A DNA stretch of 45,278 nt. It comes from an uncultured euryarchaeote. Its GTDB lineage: Archaea > Thermoplasmatota > Poseidoniia > Poseidoniales > Poseidoniaceae. The stretch covers positions 1-45,278 of the forward strand of contig CALBRH010000023.1 of assembly GCA_937899865.1 (NCBI GenBank), written 5' to 3'. Shown piece after piece: positions 8,410 to 18,259 of the stretch (positions are counted from its first letter, which is position 1; the number at the start of each line of letters is the position of its first letter). Made by a program: the position numbers and the translations under genes. Below the pieces are notes generated by a model. That model was not told the DNA's origin, did no database searches, and was given only the letters and a program-made list of their open reading frames with translations.

Positions 8410-9269
8410 TCATTAAGAGCATGATAAACTTTGAACAAATCATTGTGCTCATCTATGTCATGGACTCTAAGTATGTCAACTCCATTTAGTGCAGCAAAAA
8501 GTGAGGATGCTAGTGTGCCAGACAATCTATCTGAAGCATCAGACTTTCCAGTAATTTTGCCGATAATTGATTTTCTTGATATGCCCCATAACAATGCATA
8601 GCCTGAAGCTTTGAATCTATCAATCGATTTCATCAATTTTAAATTATGTTCTTGAGTCTTGCCAAAACCAATACCTGGGTCTATGACAATAAGTTCCTTG
8701 GAGTGCCCTTGAGCAATCAACTCCTCTGCTTTTTGTTCAAGTTGCGATGCAACCTCTTCAACCACGTCATCGTAAAATGGGTTGTCTTGCATATTTCCTG
8801 GTTCACCATTCATATGCATTATACAGACTGCACATCCCGATTCTAAGACTAAATCTAGCATTTGTTTATCTCTTAATCCAGATACATCATTAATCATATT
8901 AGCACCATTTTCAATTGCTAATCTAGCTACTTGATGATTTCTTGTATCGATTGAGATCATTATTTCGGGATTTTCATTTCTTAATAGTTTGATAACAGGA
9001 ATAACTCGACTTATTTCCTCTTCTATAGAAATTTTAGATGCTCCTGGACGTGTTGATTCACCGCCTATATCTATCCAATTTGCACCATTATCAATCATCG
9101 ACTTTGCTTCTTTCAAAGCATCATCAATTGAATAGCGAGAATTGGAGAAAAACGAATCAGGAGTTATGTTTAGAATTCCCATCAATAGTGGCCTACTATC
9201 AGATCTCCTATGAATATCTGAAAAAGAGGGTACTCGGCTTTCGGAATTAGGTGTTAAGTTCTCACTCAT
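8406..9269 (-). CDS. folP: Dihydropteroate synthase
   Basis: MGILNITPDSF, DIGGESTRPG, SIDT, INDVSG, DPGIGFGK, SRKS, LRVHD. Confidence 0.96.
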   Translation of the reverse strand: MSENLTPNSESRVPSFSDIHRRSDSRPLLMGILNITPDSFFSNSRYSIDDALKEAKSMIDNGANWIDIGGESTRPGASKISIEEEISRVIPVIKLLRNENPEIMISIDTRNHQVARLAIENGANMINDVSGLRDKQMLDLVLESGCAVCIMHMNGEPGNMQDNPFYDDVVEEVASQLEQKAEELIAQGHSKELIVIDPGIGFGKTQEHNLKLMKSIDRFKASGYALLWGISRKSIIGKITGKSDASDRLSGTLASSLFAALNGVDILRVHDIDEHNDLFKVYHALND

Positions 9270-9291
9270 TGACTCGCCCAGTTCGATAGAT

Positions 9292-9960
9292 TTGATAAGT
9301 TGTGACCTTCAAGGGCGGTTAATGTCGGGTGGGGATGTTATGGATTCTGAGGCTAATATGTCTGAAGAATCTCCTGATTTAGAAAATTCTGTAATGGAGT
9401 ATAGCGAAGAGTTGGCTGATAGATTAATCAGTCGTTTGAAGCCAGAAGATAATGCTTCAATTTTGAAGATGATTGCTAACAAAGCATATTTTAGCGGTGG
9501 CTTAGGTACAATCATTTTGGTATTTTGGTGGCTTACAGTTGATACAGGTAATGATGATTTAGACGCCGGTGTCTCAACGTTCTTTAGTTTAGACTTCTCT
9601 CAAGTCGCATTAACTGTAATTGGCTTGGGTCTATTGTCCGCATTGCTGCGAGATTTCAGTAGAGAATTAGGTAAATTGGCACCAGCTTTGATTTCTGGAG
9701 CATTGATTATTCTTTGTTGCCTATACGTCTTAGAGCCAATGGCGCTTGGATTTTTCACAGATGAACTGGAAAGTTCTGATGGGATTTGGAGGACTGCAAG
9801 ATTAGCTCTGTTATGGCTGGGTATAACCTATTGCGCTCACTTATTAGTCGATGCTTCGTTGCTAGCATGGTTAAAGAAATTCTGTGATTCTAAGGGGTGG
9901 AATATAGAACCTCTAAACAGCCGAGATGATGCTCAGAATGGCTTATTACTCGATGATTGA
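9292..9960 (+). CDS. Hypothetical membrane protein (about 4-5 TM)
   Basis: 222 aa ORF with an acidic N-terminus and several hydrophobic helices. Likely start is ATG 9340 after GGTGGGGA. Confidence 0.75.
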   Translation: MISCDLQGRLMSGGDVMDSEANMSEESPDLENSVMEYSEELADRLISRLKPEDNASILKMIANKAYFSGGLGTIILVFWWLTVDTGNDDLDAGVSTFFSLDFSQVALTVIGLGLLSALLRDFSRELGKLAPALISGALIILCCLYVLEPMALGFFTDELESSDGIWRTARLALLWLGITYCAHLLVDASLLAWLKKFCDSKGWNIEPLNSRDDAQNGLLLDD

Positions 9961-9983
9961 CGATTTCAATCAGTGGTGAGGAA

Positions 9984-10532
9984 ATGACTGACTTCGATAT
10001 TGAAGTTTTAAGATTGGGTCATCGTAAGGGTAGAGATCCAAGAATTACTACGCATTTGGCTTTAGTTAGTCGAGCGATGGGGGCTAAAAAGTTCATTCTT
10101 GCTGGAGATAAAGATGACAAATTATTTTCTAATATTGAATCGGTTAACGAAAGGTTCGGTCAAGGACTATTGTGCCGTTATGAGAAAAGTCCAATGAAGA
10201 TGTTAAGAGATATATCTACATCAAAAGATGAAGATAAGCCATTAATAATTCATTTGACAATGTATGGTGAACCATTCAAGGAAGTAATTCCTAAAATTGC
10301 AAAAGACCAATCTGTAGTAGTTATTGTTGGAGGCGCAAAAGTTCCCGGAGAGATATTCAAACTCAGTGATTATAATATTGCAGTTGGTAATCAACCTCAT
10401 TCAGAAGTTGCAGCATTAGCACTGTTTTTGGACACTTGGACGGAAGGCCATGGATTTAATCGAAAATTTACTGAACCACAACTAATTATATCTCCCTCTA
10501 AATCAGGTAAAGATGTAAAGGAACTGGATTAA
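9984..10532 (+). CDS. trm56: tRNA (cytidine56-2'-O)-methyltransferase, archaeal SPOUT
   Basis: VLRLGHRKGRDPRITTHLALVSRAMGA, HLTMYG, VGGAKVP, AVGNQPHSEVAALA. SD GGTGAGG precedes ATG 9984. Confidence 0.95.
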   Translation: MTDFDIEVLRLGHRKGRDPRITTHLALVSRAMGAKKFILAGDKDDKLFSNIESVNERFGQGLLCRYEKSPMKMLRDISTSKDEDKPLIIHLTMYGEPFKEVIPKIAKDQSVVVIVGGAKVPGEIFKLSDYNIAVGNQPHSEVAALALFLDTWTEGHGFNRKFTEPQLIISPSKSGKDVKELD

Positions 10533-10656
10533 TGGCCTAAGTAAAAATTAACTTACTTGTCTGATGCTGATTAATTTAATACAAATCTTTAATCTTTTAA
10601 TTGATTAATTTTAGATTAATTTCATCCCAATTATTATTTGAGTCCTTCATCGACAG

Positions 10657-11967
10657 GTGCTGATGTCGATACCCCTAGAGGCCGCTGGTAGTTTCTGCCC
10701 GGGCTCATTAAATCACAAAATTTCGACATATCCAACTTTCAAAGATGCTGCTGATGGCTTTAATTCAGGGCAGGAATTGAGTCCTCAAGCCAGTGGTCCA
10801 GGAATCTTATTGACTGCTGATGGCGGCAGATATGAGGGTAATTTATTCGGCGCAGAAGGTATTGGTGAAGGGGAATTAGTATTTACAACTGGAATGATGG
10901 GTTATCAAGAATCATTAACAGACCCATCATTTGCAGGACAGGTACTAACATTTACTTATCCCCTAATTGGTAATTATGGTATTCATATTAACCGTTCTGA
11001 ATCCTCTTCAGTATGGCCTCGAGGAGTTGTAGTTAGGCATGCGATGAAAGACCCTGACCATCGTGATTCTGTCGCTACAGTGAATGACTTTTTGCGCTTG
11101 CACAATATTCCAGGTATAGAAGAGATTGACACCCGTGAGATTACTAAAAATGTACGAGAATTAGGGACAGTATTGTGTGTTTTTGGACCTGCAGATAAAG
11201 AAGAGTTGTTAAGGAGTAAATTGAGTAAACTAACCTCGCCTGAACTAGAAGACTTAGTTGATCTTGTAGCAATTAAAGAAGCAGTCATACTAAATCTTGA
11301 TTCTGCTGATGAATTGGGAATTAAGAAGCCAAGGATAGCAGCATTAGATTGTGGCATTAAATTCAATATCCTGCGAAGTTTATGCCATTATTTTGAAGTT
11401 ATTTGGTGTCCACCAGATACGCCGTTTAGAACTCTAGTAGATGATTATGCAATTGATGCGTTATTTTGTTCCAATGGCCCAGGAGACCCCGCTCATCCAG
11501 GTAAAGCTTCAGCAGCTAAGGAAACACTTGCTAAGGCTGTATTAGAAGGATATCCAGTAATGGGAATTTGTCTTGGTCATCAATTGATGGGATTAGCCTC
11601 TGGTTTGAAAACCTACAAGATGAGATATGGTCATAGAGGAGCCAATCAACCAGTTGTTGATTTGGTTACTGGTAAAGTATTGATAACAAGTCAAAATCAT
11701 GGATTTGCAGTAGCAGATCCTGATGCAGGGATGTTAGCAGCGCATCCATCAGGCGCAACATCTCCAGACACTGAAAATTTACACGGTCAAGAAGTTAAAG
11801 TTCGTTACATCAATGCCAATGATAGAACCGTTGAGGGTCTCGATGTTATTGATAAGCCGTGTTTTACTGTTCAATTCCATCCTGAAGCATGTCCTGGACC
11901 TCATGATGCAGAGGGCCTGTTCAATAGATTCAGAGAGATAGTAGATTCACATTTGGGGGTTGAATAA
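10657..11967 (+). CDS. carA: Carbamoyl-phosphate synthase small subunit
   Basis: GELVFTTGMMGYQESLTDPSF, SNGPGDP, nucleophile GICLGHQ, GHRGANQP, TSQNHG, QFHPE. The start is uncertain (10657, 10663 or TTG 10777). Confidence 0.97.
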   Translation: MLMSIPLEAAGSFCPGSLNHKISTYPTFKDAADGFNSGQELSPQASGPGILLTADGGRYEGNLFGAEGIGEGELVFTTGMMGYQESLTDPSFAGQVLTFTYPLIGNYGIHINRSESSSVWPRGVVVRHAMKDPDHRDSVATVNDFLRLHNIPGIEEIDTREITKNVRELGTVLCVFGPADKEELLRSKLSKLTSPELEDLVDLVAIKEAVILNLDSADELGIKKPRIAALDCGIKFNILRSLCHYFEVIWCPPDTPFRTLVDDYAIDALFCSNGPGDPAHPGKASAAKETLAKAVLEGYPVMGICLGHQLMGLASGLKTYKMRYGHRGANQPVVDLVTGKVLITSQNHGFAVADPDAGMLAAHPSGATSPDTENLHGQEVKVRYINANDRTVEGLDVIDKPCFTVQFHPEACPGPHDAEGLFNRFREIVDSHLGVE

Positions 11968-14900
11968 GTGCCAAGGAGAAATGATTTGAAAACTGTAATG
12001 GTTCTTGGTAGTGGCCCGATAAAGATAGGTCAGGCAGCTGAGTTTGATTTTTCAGGTAGTCAAGCAGTTAGAGCACTACGTGAAGATGGTTATGAAGTGA
12101 TTTTGGTAAATTCTAATCCAGCAACCATTCAAAATGATCCTGAAATGGCTGATAAAGTGTATATTGAGCCACTACTTGCATCGTCAATAAAGCGAATTTT
12201 AGAGATCGAAAAACCCTGTGCACTTCTCGCTGGAATGGGTGGTCAAACGGCGTTAAATATCGCAAGCGAATTGGCCCATTCCGGCGTACTTGATGAATTA
12301 GGAGTAGAATTGATCGGTTCAGATTTAGATGCCATAGACAAGGCAGAAGATAGGGATTTATTCAATAAAGTGTGTAATTCAATAAATCTGCCAATAAGTG
12401 AGGCAATTGCTTGTAATTCAATGGAAGAAGTGATTTCTGCTTCTGAAAAAATAGGCTCTTGGCCTTTATTGATTAGGCCGGCATTTACTCTTGGAGGTTT
12501 AGGCGGAGGTACCGCATGGAATGTAGGGGAATTAGTTGAGATTGCAACCTTGGGATTGCGTAATTCAAGAATTAGCCAAGTTCTTATCGAAGAATCTATC
12601 CTTGGTTGGCAAGAACTTGAATATGAAGTAATGAGAGACGAGGCTGACAATGCAATTATCGTCTGTACTATGGAAAATATTGATCCGATGGGCGTTCATA
12701 CTGGTGAATCAACTGTAGTTGCTCCACTGCAATCATTTTCAGATAGAGATCACCAAATTCTCCGTGACCAAGCACTAGCGCTTATTCGAGCGTTGAATAT
12801 TAAAGGCGGTTGTAATGTTCAATTTGCTTTCAATCAGTTTACTGGCGAGATACGTGTGATTGAAGTAAATCCTCGAGTATCAAGATCATCTGCCTTAGCA
12901 AGCAAAGCAACAGGCTATCCAATTGCTAGAATTGCTGCCAAGATTGCGGTCGGATATACTCTTGATGAATTGCCTAACCCTATTACAGGAGACGGAACTA
13001 CTGCTGCGTTTGAGCCAACTTTGGATTACTGTGTAGTAAAGATACCACGTTGGCCATTTGATAAGTTTAGAACTGCCGATAGAACACTTGGGACCTCCAT
13101 GAAATCGACAGGAGAAGTCATGGCTATAGGTAGGAATTTTGAAGAGGCTTTCCTCAAAGCTTGGGCTTCACTTGAGCAAGGTTGTCCTCATCCTAGGCCT
13201 TTGACGAAGGCTGATGAATCAGAAGGGGAAACAATGGCAGAAAGAGCCAATGAACCGCTCCCTGATGAGGTCTTAGTCGATTGGTGTAGTATTGCTACAG
13301 ATCGTAGAATGGGTGCTTTAATCGAGGCTTTTAGACGAGGTTGGAGTGTTGAAAAAGTTCATGAAATCACTAGAATTACTAGGTGGTTCCTATATCGCTT
13401 TGAAAAAATCGCTCAAATGGAAAAAGAAATTGTCGACTTATCATGTAATCCAACTGAACTAGATATCGATTTATTGAGAAAGTGGAAATCTCATGGATTT
13501 ACTGATTCTCACATCGCTGATGCACTTAATGCATTCCCGGCCAAGGGTTACAAATCACTACCAAGAGGCCGTGATGAAGATTCTGTAATGCGTAGAAGGC
13601 ATTCTCTTTCACTGCATCCTAATTATCGAATGGTAGATTCTTGTGCAGCTGAATTTGCTGCCAAAACACCATATTATTATTCTACATATGAACCAAGTTC
13701 TACTATTGGAATTGATCATATTCCAAATTTATCAAATCGTACAAAAGAGCGTTATGTTGCGATAGGTAGTGGTCCGATTAGAATCGGTCAAGGTATTGAG
13801 TTTGATTATGGCTGTGTACATGCAGTTATGGCAATTAGAGATGCTGGCAAAGATGCTATTTTGATTAACAATAATCCTGAAACAGTATCTACAGACTTTG
13901 ATACTTCAGATAGGTTATACTTCGAGCCATTGACGTTAGAGTATGTTACTGAGGTATTATTACGAGAGCAAGCCCATTCTATATTGCTACAATTTGGTGG
14001 TCAAACCGCAATAAATTTGTCTCAGCCACTTGACAAAAGATTACCTGAATTGAAGAAATTAGGTCTAGATTTACAGATTGCTGGAACTTCTTGTGATGCA
14101 ATTGATGAAGCAAGTGATAGAGAGAGGTTCGAAAAATTTGCTAAACGTTCGGGTCTAACCATGCCAAGAGGTGCTACTGGTATTACCGCGGATGATGTAA
14201 GAAATGCTGTTGATGAAATAGGTTATCCGGTATTAATCAGACCATCTTATGTTTTGGGTGGCAGAGGGATGGAGATATTATCTAATGACAATCAGTTAGA
14301 AGCATACTTAGGAGAAGCTTACCTAGCTCCCGATAAACCATTGCTGGTGGATGAATATCTTGGTCACGCAACAGAGATTGATGTTGATGCAGCATCTGAT
14401 GGAAAAGAGGTACTGATTGGTGCAATAATGGAACATTTAGAAGAAGCCGGAATCCACTCAGGAGATTCGACTTGTTTTATTCCAACACAGAATATTTCGC
14501 AAAAGATGTTGGATTTGATTAAGGAACAAACAACTATCATTGGCCTTGGCCTTAATATTGTAGGTTGTTTCAATATTCAATTTGCAATTCAAGGTGAAAA
14601 ACTGTATGTGTTAGAAGTTAATCCAAGGTCTTCTAGAACTGTGCCTTTTGTTGCCAAATCATCAGGCTTGCCACTTGCTAGAATTGCAGCAAAGATAACA
14701 ATAGGGATTCCTTTATCAAAGCAAACAATACCTGTGAGGACTTCTGGTAATGTTTGCGTTAAAGCACCAGTATTCCCATTCATAAAATTAAGGGGATTAG
14801 ACCCTGCCCCAGGTCCCGAAATGAAATCTACGGGAGAAGTATTTGGTTCACATCAAGATGCAGACATAGCATATCTCAAGGCAAGATTGGCAACAGAGGT

Positions 14901-15312
14901 TCCAGTTGCCAGTGAGGGTGGAGTTTACCTTACGGTTAGGGATGGAGATAAAACAAATTTAGTTCCAATAGCTAATCAATTGAAAGAATTAGGTTTCTCA
15001 TTATATGCTACGCCAGGGACTGCAGATGTGCTTAGAGAAAATGATGTTCCAGTTGAGATAGTTTACAGAATTAGGGAAAGAATGCATCCTGATGCGTTGG
15101 ATTTGATGCGTGAAGGAAAAATATCATTCATTGTAAATGTTCCAACTGTTTCAGGCGGAGCAGTAAGAGATGGAAATATGATGAGAAGATTGGCTGTTGA
15201 ACTGAATATTCCTTTTGTTACTACTATTCGAGGTGCTAAAATGGAAGTATCAGCAATAGCGGCAATGATGAAAGGTGAAATGGAACCTGTTAGATTGCAG
15301 GTTAATTATTGA
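11968..15312 (+). CDS. carB: Carbamoyl-phosphate synthase large subunit
   Basis: GSGPIKIGQAAEFDFSG and duplicated GSGPIRIGQGIEFDYG, two ATP-grasp halves (EVNPR twice), MKSTGEV twice, C-terminal MGS domain (YATPGTA). Confidence 0.98.
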   Translation: MPRRNDLKTVMVLGSGPIKIGQAAEFDFSGSQAVRALREDGYEVILVNSNPATIQNDPEMADKVYIEPLLASSIKRILEIEKPCALLAGMGGQTALNIASELAHSGVLDELGVELIGSDLDAIDKAEDRDLFNKVCNSINLPISEAIACNSMEEVISASEKIGSWPLLIRPAFTLGGLGGGTAWNVGELVEIATLGLRNSRISQVLIEESILGWQELEYEVMRDEADNAIIVCTMENIDPMGVHTGESTVVAPLQSFSDRDHQILRDQALALIRALNIKGGCNVQFAFNQFTGEIRVIEVNPRVSRSSALASKATGYPIARIAAKIAVGYTLDELPNPITGDGTTAAFEPTLDYCVVKIPRWPFDKFRTADRTLGTSMKSTGEVMAIGRNFEEAFLKAWASLEQGCPHPRPLTKADESEGETMAERANEPLPDEVLVDWCSIATDRRMGALIEAFRRGWSVEKVHEITRITRWFLYRFEKIAQMEKEIVDLSCNPTELDIDLLRKWKSHGFTDSHIADALNAFPAKGYKSLPRGRDEDSVMRRRHSLSLHPNYRMVDSCAAEFAAKTPYYYSTYEPSSTIGIDHIPNLSNRTKERYVAIGSGPIRIGQGIEFDYGCVHAVMAIRDAGKDAILINNNPETVSTDFDTSDRLYFEPLTLEYVTEVLLREQAHSILLQFGGQTAINLSQPLDKRLPELKKLGLDLQIAGTSCDAIDEASDRERFEKFAKRSGLTMPRGATGITADDVRNAVDEIGYPVLIRPSYVLGGRGMEILSNDNQLEAYLGEAYLAPDKPLLVDEYLGHATEIDVDAASDGKEVLIGAIMEHLEEAGIHSGDSTCFIPTQNISQKMLDLIKEQTTIIGLGLNIVGCFNIQFAIQGEKLYVLEVNPRSSRTVPFVAKSSGLPLARIAAKITIGIPLSKQTIPVRTSGNVCVKAPVFPFIKLRGLDPAPGPEMKSTGEVFGSHQDADIAYLKARLATEVPVASEGGVYLTVRDGDKTNLVPIANQLKELGFSLYATPGTADVLRENDVPVEIVYRIRERMHPDALDLMREGKISFIVNVPTVSGGAVRDGNMMRRLAVELNIPFVTTIRGAKMEVSAIAAMMKGEMEPVRLQVNY

Positions 15313-15313
15313 T

Positions 15314-16579
15314 TCAACAAGCATCAAATGCTTCGATTATGTATTTAGTGAGTGGACTGGTCCAAGCAAGATCACTAATTCCCTCTTCACCTTCAGATGC
15401 ATAGATTCGAACAACATCTCTAACTCTAACGTTTCCTTCAGAAGACCTTGCAAGAATAGTTGCTGCTTTGATGACTTTACCAGTGCCATGCGGGTCGTAA
15501 ACTGTATCAAGAGCATCTTTTAGGAACCAATCAACTTTGCCACCTTCTTCTCCATCATACTTTTTAATGACCTTTTTATCTCCAAATAAACCACCACCTT
15601 TCTTTGGTTCAGATTTCTTCTTTGGAGCCTTTTCTTTTGTTGATTTTTTGGTAGGTTTTTTGGCTGGTTTCTTTTCAGAAGTTTCTTTCTTTGCAACATC
15701 TGAAACAGTTTTGTTGGCAAATTCTTCTGTTAATTCATTGCGGATCTCTTTTTCAAGTTCCTTACGAATCTCTTTAGTTAACTTGGTTCGAAGCTTTTTC
15801 TCTATCTTTGCAGTATCTGTTTTCGATAGTTTATCAAAAGCATCATCTCTTTCGTCTTGCAATGCTTGCATGACATTGATATAGTGAGAAGCAACTTGTA
15901 TTAGGGCAGTTTCCATTGAAGCTTCTAATTGCATTGAAACAACTTCACTGGACGAATCACGCCATTTTCTCCATTGCAGCATAGTATTTGAATGAATATC
16001 GGAGCCACATTTAGGACAGAAACTTCGCTTTGGAGGCTTTAGAACTGGTATTGCTCGCATAGCATCAGGGTCAATTCCTTCATGCTCACCACTTGCTACA
16101 TCGTGAATGTGGGTTGAAGCTTCCATACCTGTGTCCATAGCGCTTCTAAATAAACCCTCATTTAGGTCTAGTTTTCCATCTTGAATTAGATCCCAGGCAT
16201 TTGTTCCACGAACAACAGCACGAACAGCTGCATTAGCAGCGGGCGAATTACCCCAATCCTTGGCGATATTTACTTTCCTAGAAGCAATATCCATATCGTT
16301 TGAAATGAATGCATCAGAGATGTCTACTTCTTCACCTTCAGCAGGTGCTGCAATACCTAATTGAATCGGGTTTGCCCCTTCCTCTATTTTGGCAATCATA
16401 TCGAATTTTTCGGCCATAGAGAGGTCATCTCTTAGACGAATTACTTCTCTAAGTTGATTTAGGTCATGGCCAGTTGAAGTAATTGGACCTTGAACGCCCA
16501 TATCGTGGCCACATGACAAACAGTATTTTGCGGCCGGTTCAACATCTGCTTCGCAGATAGGACAGTATACACCCGCCAT
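15314..16579 (-). CDS. Hypothetical Zn-ribbon / coiled-coil / Lys-rich protein
   Basis: 421 aa ORF: CPIC-x10-CLSC at the N-terminus, internal CPKC, E/K heptad region, then KKPAKKPTKKSTKEKAPKKK. Confidence 0.75.
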   Translation of the reverse strand: MAGVYCPICEADVEPAAKYCLSCGHDMGVQGPITSTGHDLNQLREVIRLRDDLSMAEKFDMIAKIEEGANPIQLGIAAPAEGEEVDISDAFISNDMDIASRKVNIAKDWGNSPAANAAVRAVVRGTNAWDLIQDGKLDLNEGLFRSAMDTGMEASTHIHDVASGEHEGIDPDAMRAIPVLKPPKRSFCPKCGSDIHSNTMLQWRKWRDSSSEVVSMQLEASMETALIQVASHYINVMQALQDERDDAFDKLSKTDTAKIEKKLRTKLTKEIRKELEKEIRNELTEEFANKTVSDVAKKETSEKKPAKKPTKKSTKEKAPKKKSEPKKGGGLFGDKKVIKKYDGEEGGKVDWFLKDALDTVYDPHGTGKVIKAATILARSSEGNVRVRDVVRIYASEGEEGISDLAWTSPLTKYIIEAFDAC

Positions 16580-16648
16580 GATATAGGTTGAATGCCCCTA
16601 TCATTTGAATGGTGCGGAAATAATAAGCCTTTTTTGTTAATTGTTATG

Positions 16649-18253
16649 TCAATTAACATTCTCTAAACAGAGTCTGAATTGATTAACTATTTCGCGTTGG
16701 TTTAACTCTACCAAAATCGGAGCCAATCTTGGACCTTTTTTGGCTCCCATTAGGCAAATGTAAGATACTCCGTATGCAATTCGAGGTGATTTTTCGATAG
16801 ACTTGGCAGAATCAACAATACAGGAAGCAATACTATCTAAATCCCAAGAACAATTTTCGAGCATTTCAGTTAAGTTGGCAAGTACTAATTTTTCATCATC
16901 AGAAAAGTTTTGCAACATTTCAATTGGTGCATCATTAATTATCTTAATACGCATTTCTTCAGGGAAATGAGGGGATTCAATCCAAGTTCTCATTTTCTCT
17001 AATCTATCAATCAAAATACTTGAAGGTGGATTGCTGGAATTTAATCCGAGACTATCCCAAACCAATTGGTCGTTAGATTTAGTTTGAGCAAGTAAAGCTA
17101 GATGTCGAAATGACACATTAGATGAATCCGATTTTGAGTTTCTTTCAATAGATGAAAGTCTCACTGCACCCATTAAATCTTCTAATTGTACCTTTCTTCG
17201 ACGTGAAAGTGAATCATCACTCAGTTCTAAAGTCAAATTGCGTGCGCAACTTCTCTCATATTCATCTGCCAAGTTAACCAAACTCATTCCAGCATCAAAT
17301 TCAATTGCTTTACTTGGCTTAGACTCAGCAATAAGGAAGCGAAGGATTTCGGGTGGCACCAATTCCAATGCTTCCATTGGCCCTATTGTATTGCCAGATG
17401 ATGATGACATCGCACCTTTTCCTTTCAAACTAATCCATTCATAGACAAGAGGTTGGGGTGCATCATAGCCGAATAATTGACAGATTTCTTTTCCAGTATC
17501 GTACGAGCCACCAGAGGCTCCGTGATCTTTACCAAATGCCTCACATGTCACTCCAATCCAAGCCCATTTAGCAGGCCAGTCAATTCGCCAAGGCAATTTT
17601 CCTTCGCCTTTGGTAATATCTGATGAACCTTTATTGCCTTTTGAATCGATGAAATGGACTAGTGGAAAATCATATCCAGTTACCGTGACTCCTTCAAGTG
17701 AACCAGATGAATCAAGTGGGCTCCAAGGAAACCAAGAATCAGATAATTCTCTACCAGAAACCCGTTCAATGATTTCCCTAATTTTGTCAGCATTATCGCA
17801 AGCAATTTTTGAACATTCAGAAAACATTCCAGTTTGATATGATGCTAAATTTTTAACAATACGAGGTCTTACTCCAATTGTTTTCAATGCTTCAAGAAAT
17901 GGATTAAGGAAGTGGTCTGCATAGTTCCATCCATTTTCATTAAATCGTTCGTAATCCGGTTTCCCTTCAGCGTTTGGAGCCGGTATGTTGCCAATTTGAT
18001 GACCTATGTATTTGCTGTATTCCTCATCTAGGAATGGATATACGCGCCTTAACGGATCGGCATCGTCAACAATGAATATGAAATCAACATCTAGGCCAGC
18101 ATCTTTTGCGGCTCTTGAAATCATCTCACCAGTAAGTATTTCTCTTAAATGCCCAATGTGAAATTCTCCACTTGGAGTAATTCCAGTCGATACAATGTGT
18201 TTAGTACCTCTACGTGATAAATTAAGGGCAATAACATCAGCCCAGTGCACCAA
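16649..18253 (-). CDS. lysS: Class I lysyl-tRNA synthetase
   Basis: HWAD, GITPSGEFHIGHLRE (HIGH), WRIDWPAKW, EAFGKDH, GSYD, YEW, AMSSSSGN, KGPRL. Confidence 0.97.
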   Translation of the reverse strand: MVHWADVIALNLSRRGTKHIVSTGITPSGEFHIGHLREILTGEMISRAAKDAGLDVDFIFIVDDADPLRRVYPFLDEEYSKYIGHQIGNIPAPNAEGKPDYERFNENGWNYADHFLNPFLEALKTIGVRPRIVKNLASYQTGMFSECSKIACDNADKIREIIERVSGRELSDSWFPWSPLDSSGSLEGVTVTGYDFPLVHFIDSKGNKGSSDITKGEGKLPWRIDWPAKWAWIGVTCEAFGKDHGASGGSYDTGKEICQLFGYDAPQPLVYEWISLKGKGAMSSSSGNTIGPMEALELVPPEILRFLIAESKPSKAIEFDAGMSLVNLADEYERSCARNLTLELSDDSLSRRRKVQLEDLMGAVRLSSIERNSKSDSSNVSFRHLALLAQTKSNDQLVWDSLGLNSSNPPSSILIDRLEKMRTWIESPHFPEEMRIKIINDAPIEMLQNFSDDEKLVLANLTEMLENCSWDLDSIASCIVDSAKSIEKSPRIAYGVSYICLMGAKKGPRLAPILVELNQREIVNQFRLCLENVN

Positions 18254-18259
18254 ACCACC

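Noticed and set aside
10539-10558. AAGTAA/TTACTT inverted repeat after trm56 as a terminator
   Set aside because: A 6-bp AT-rich stem is too weak and is expected by chance here.
17390-17425. KMSKS motif of LysRS reading AMSSSSG
   Set aside because: Degenerate KMSKS loops are common in class I LysRS; the HIGH motif and other motifs are intact.
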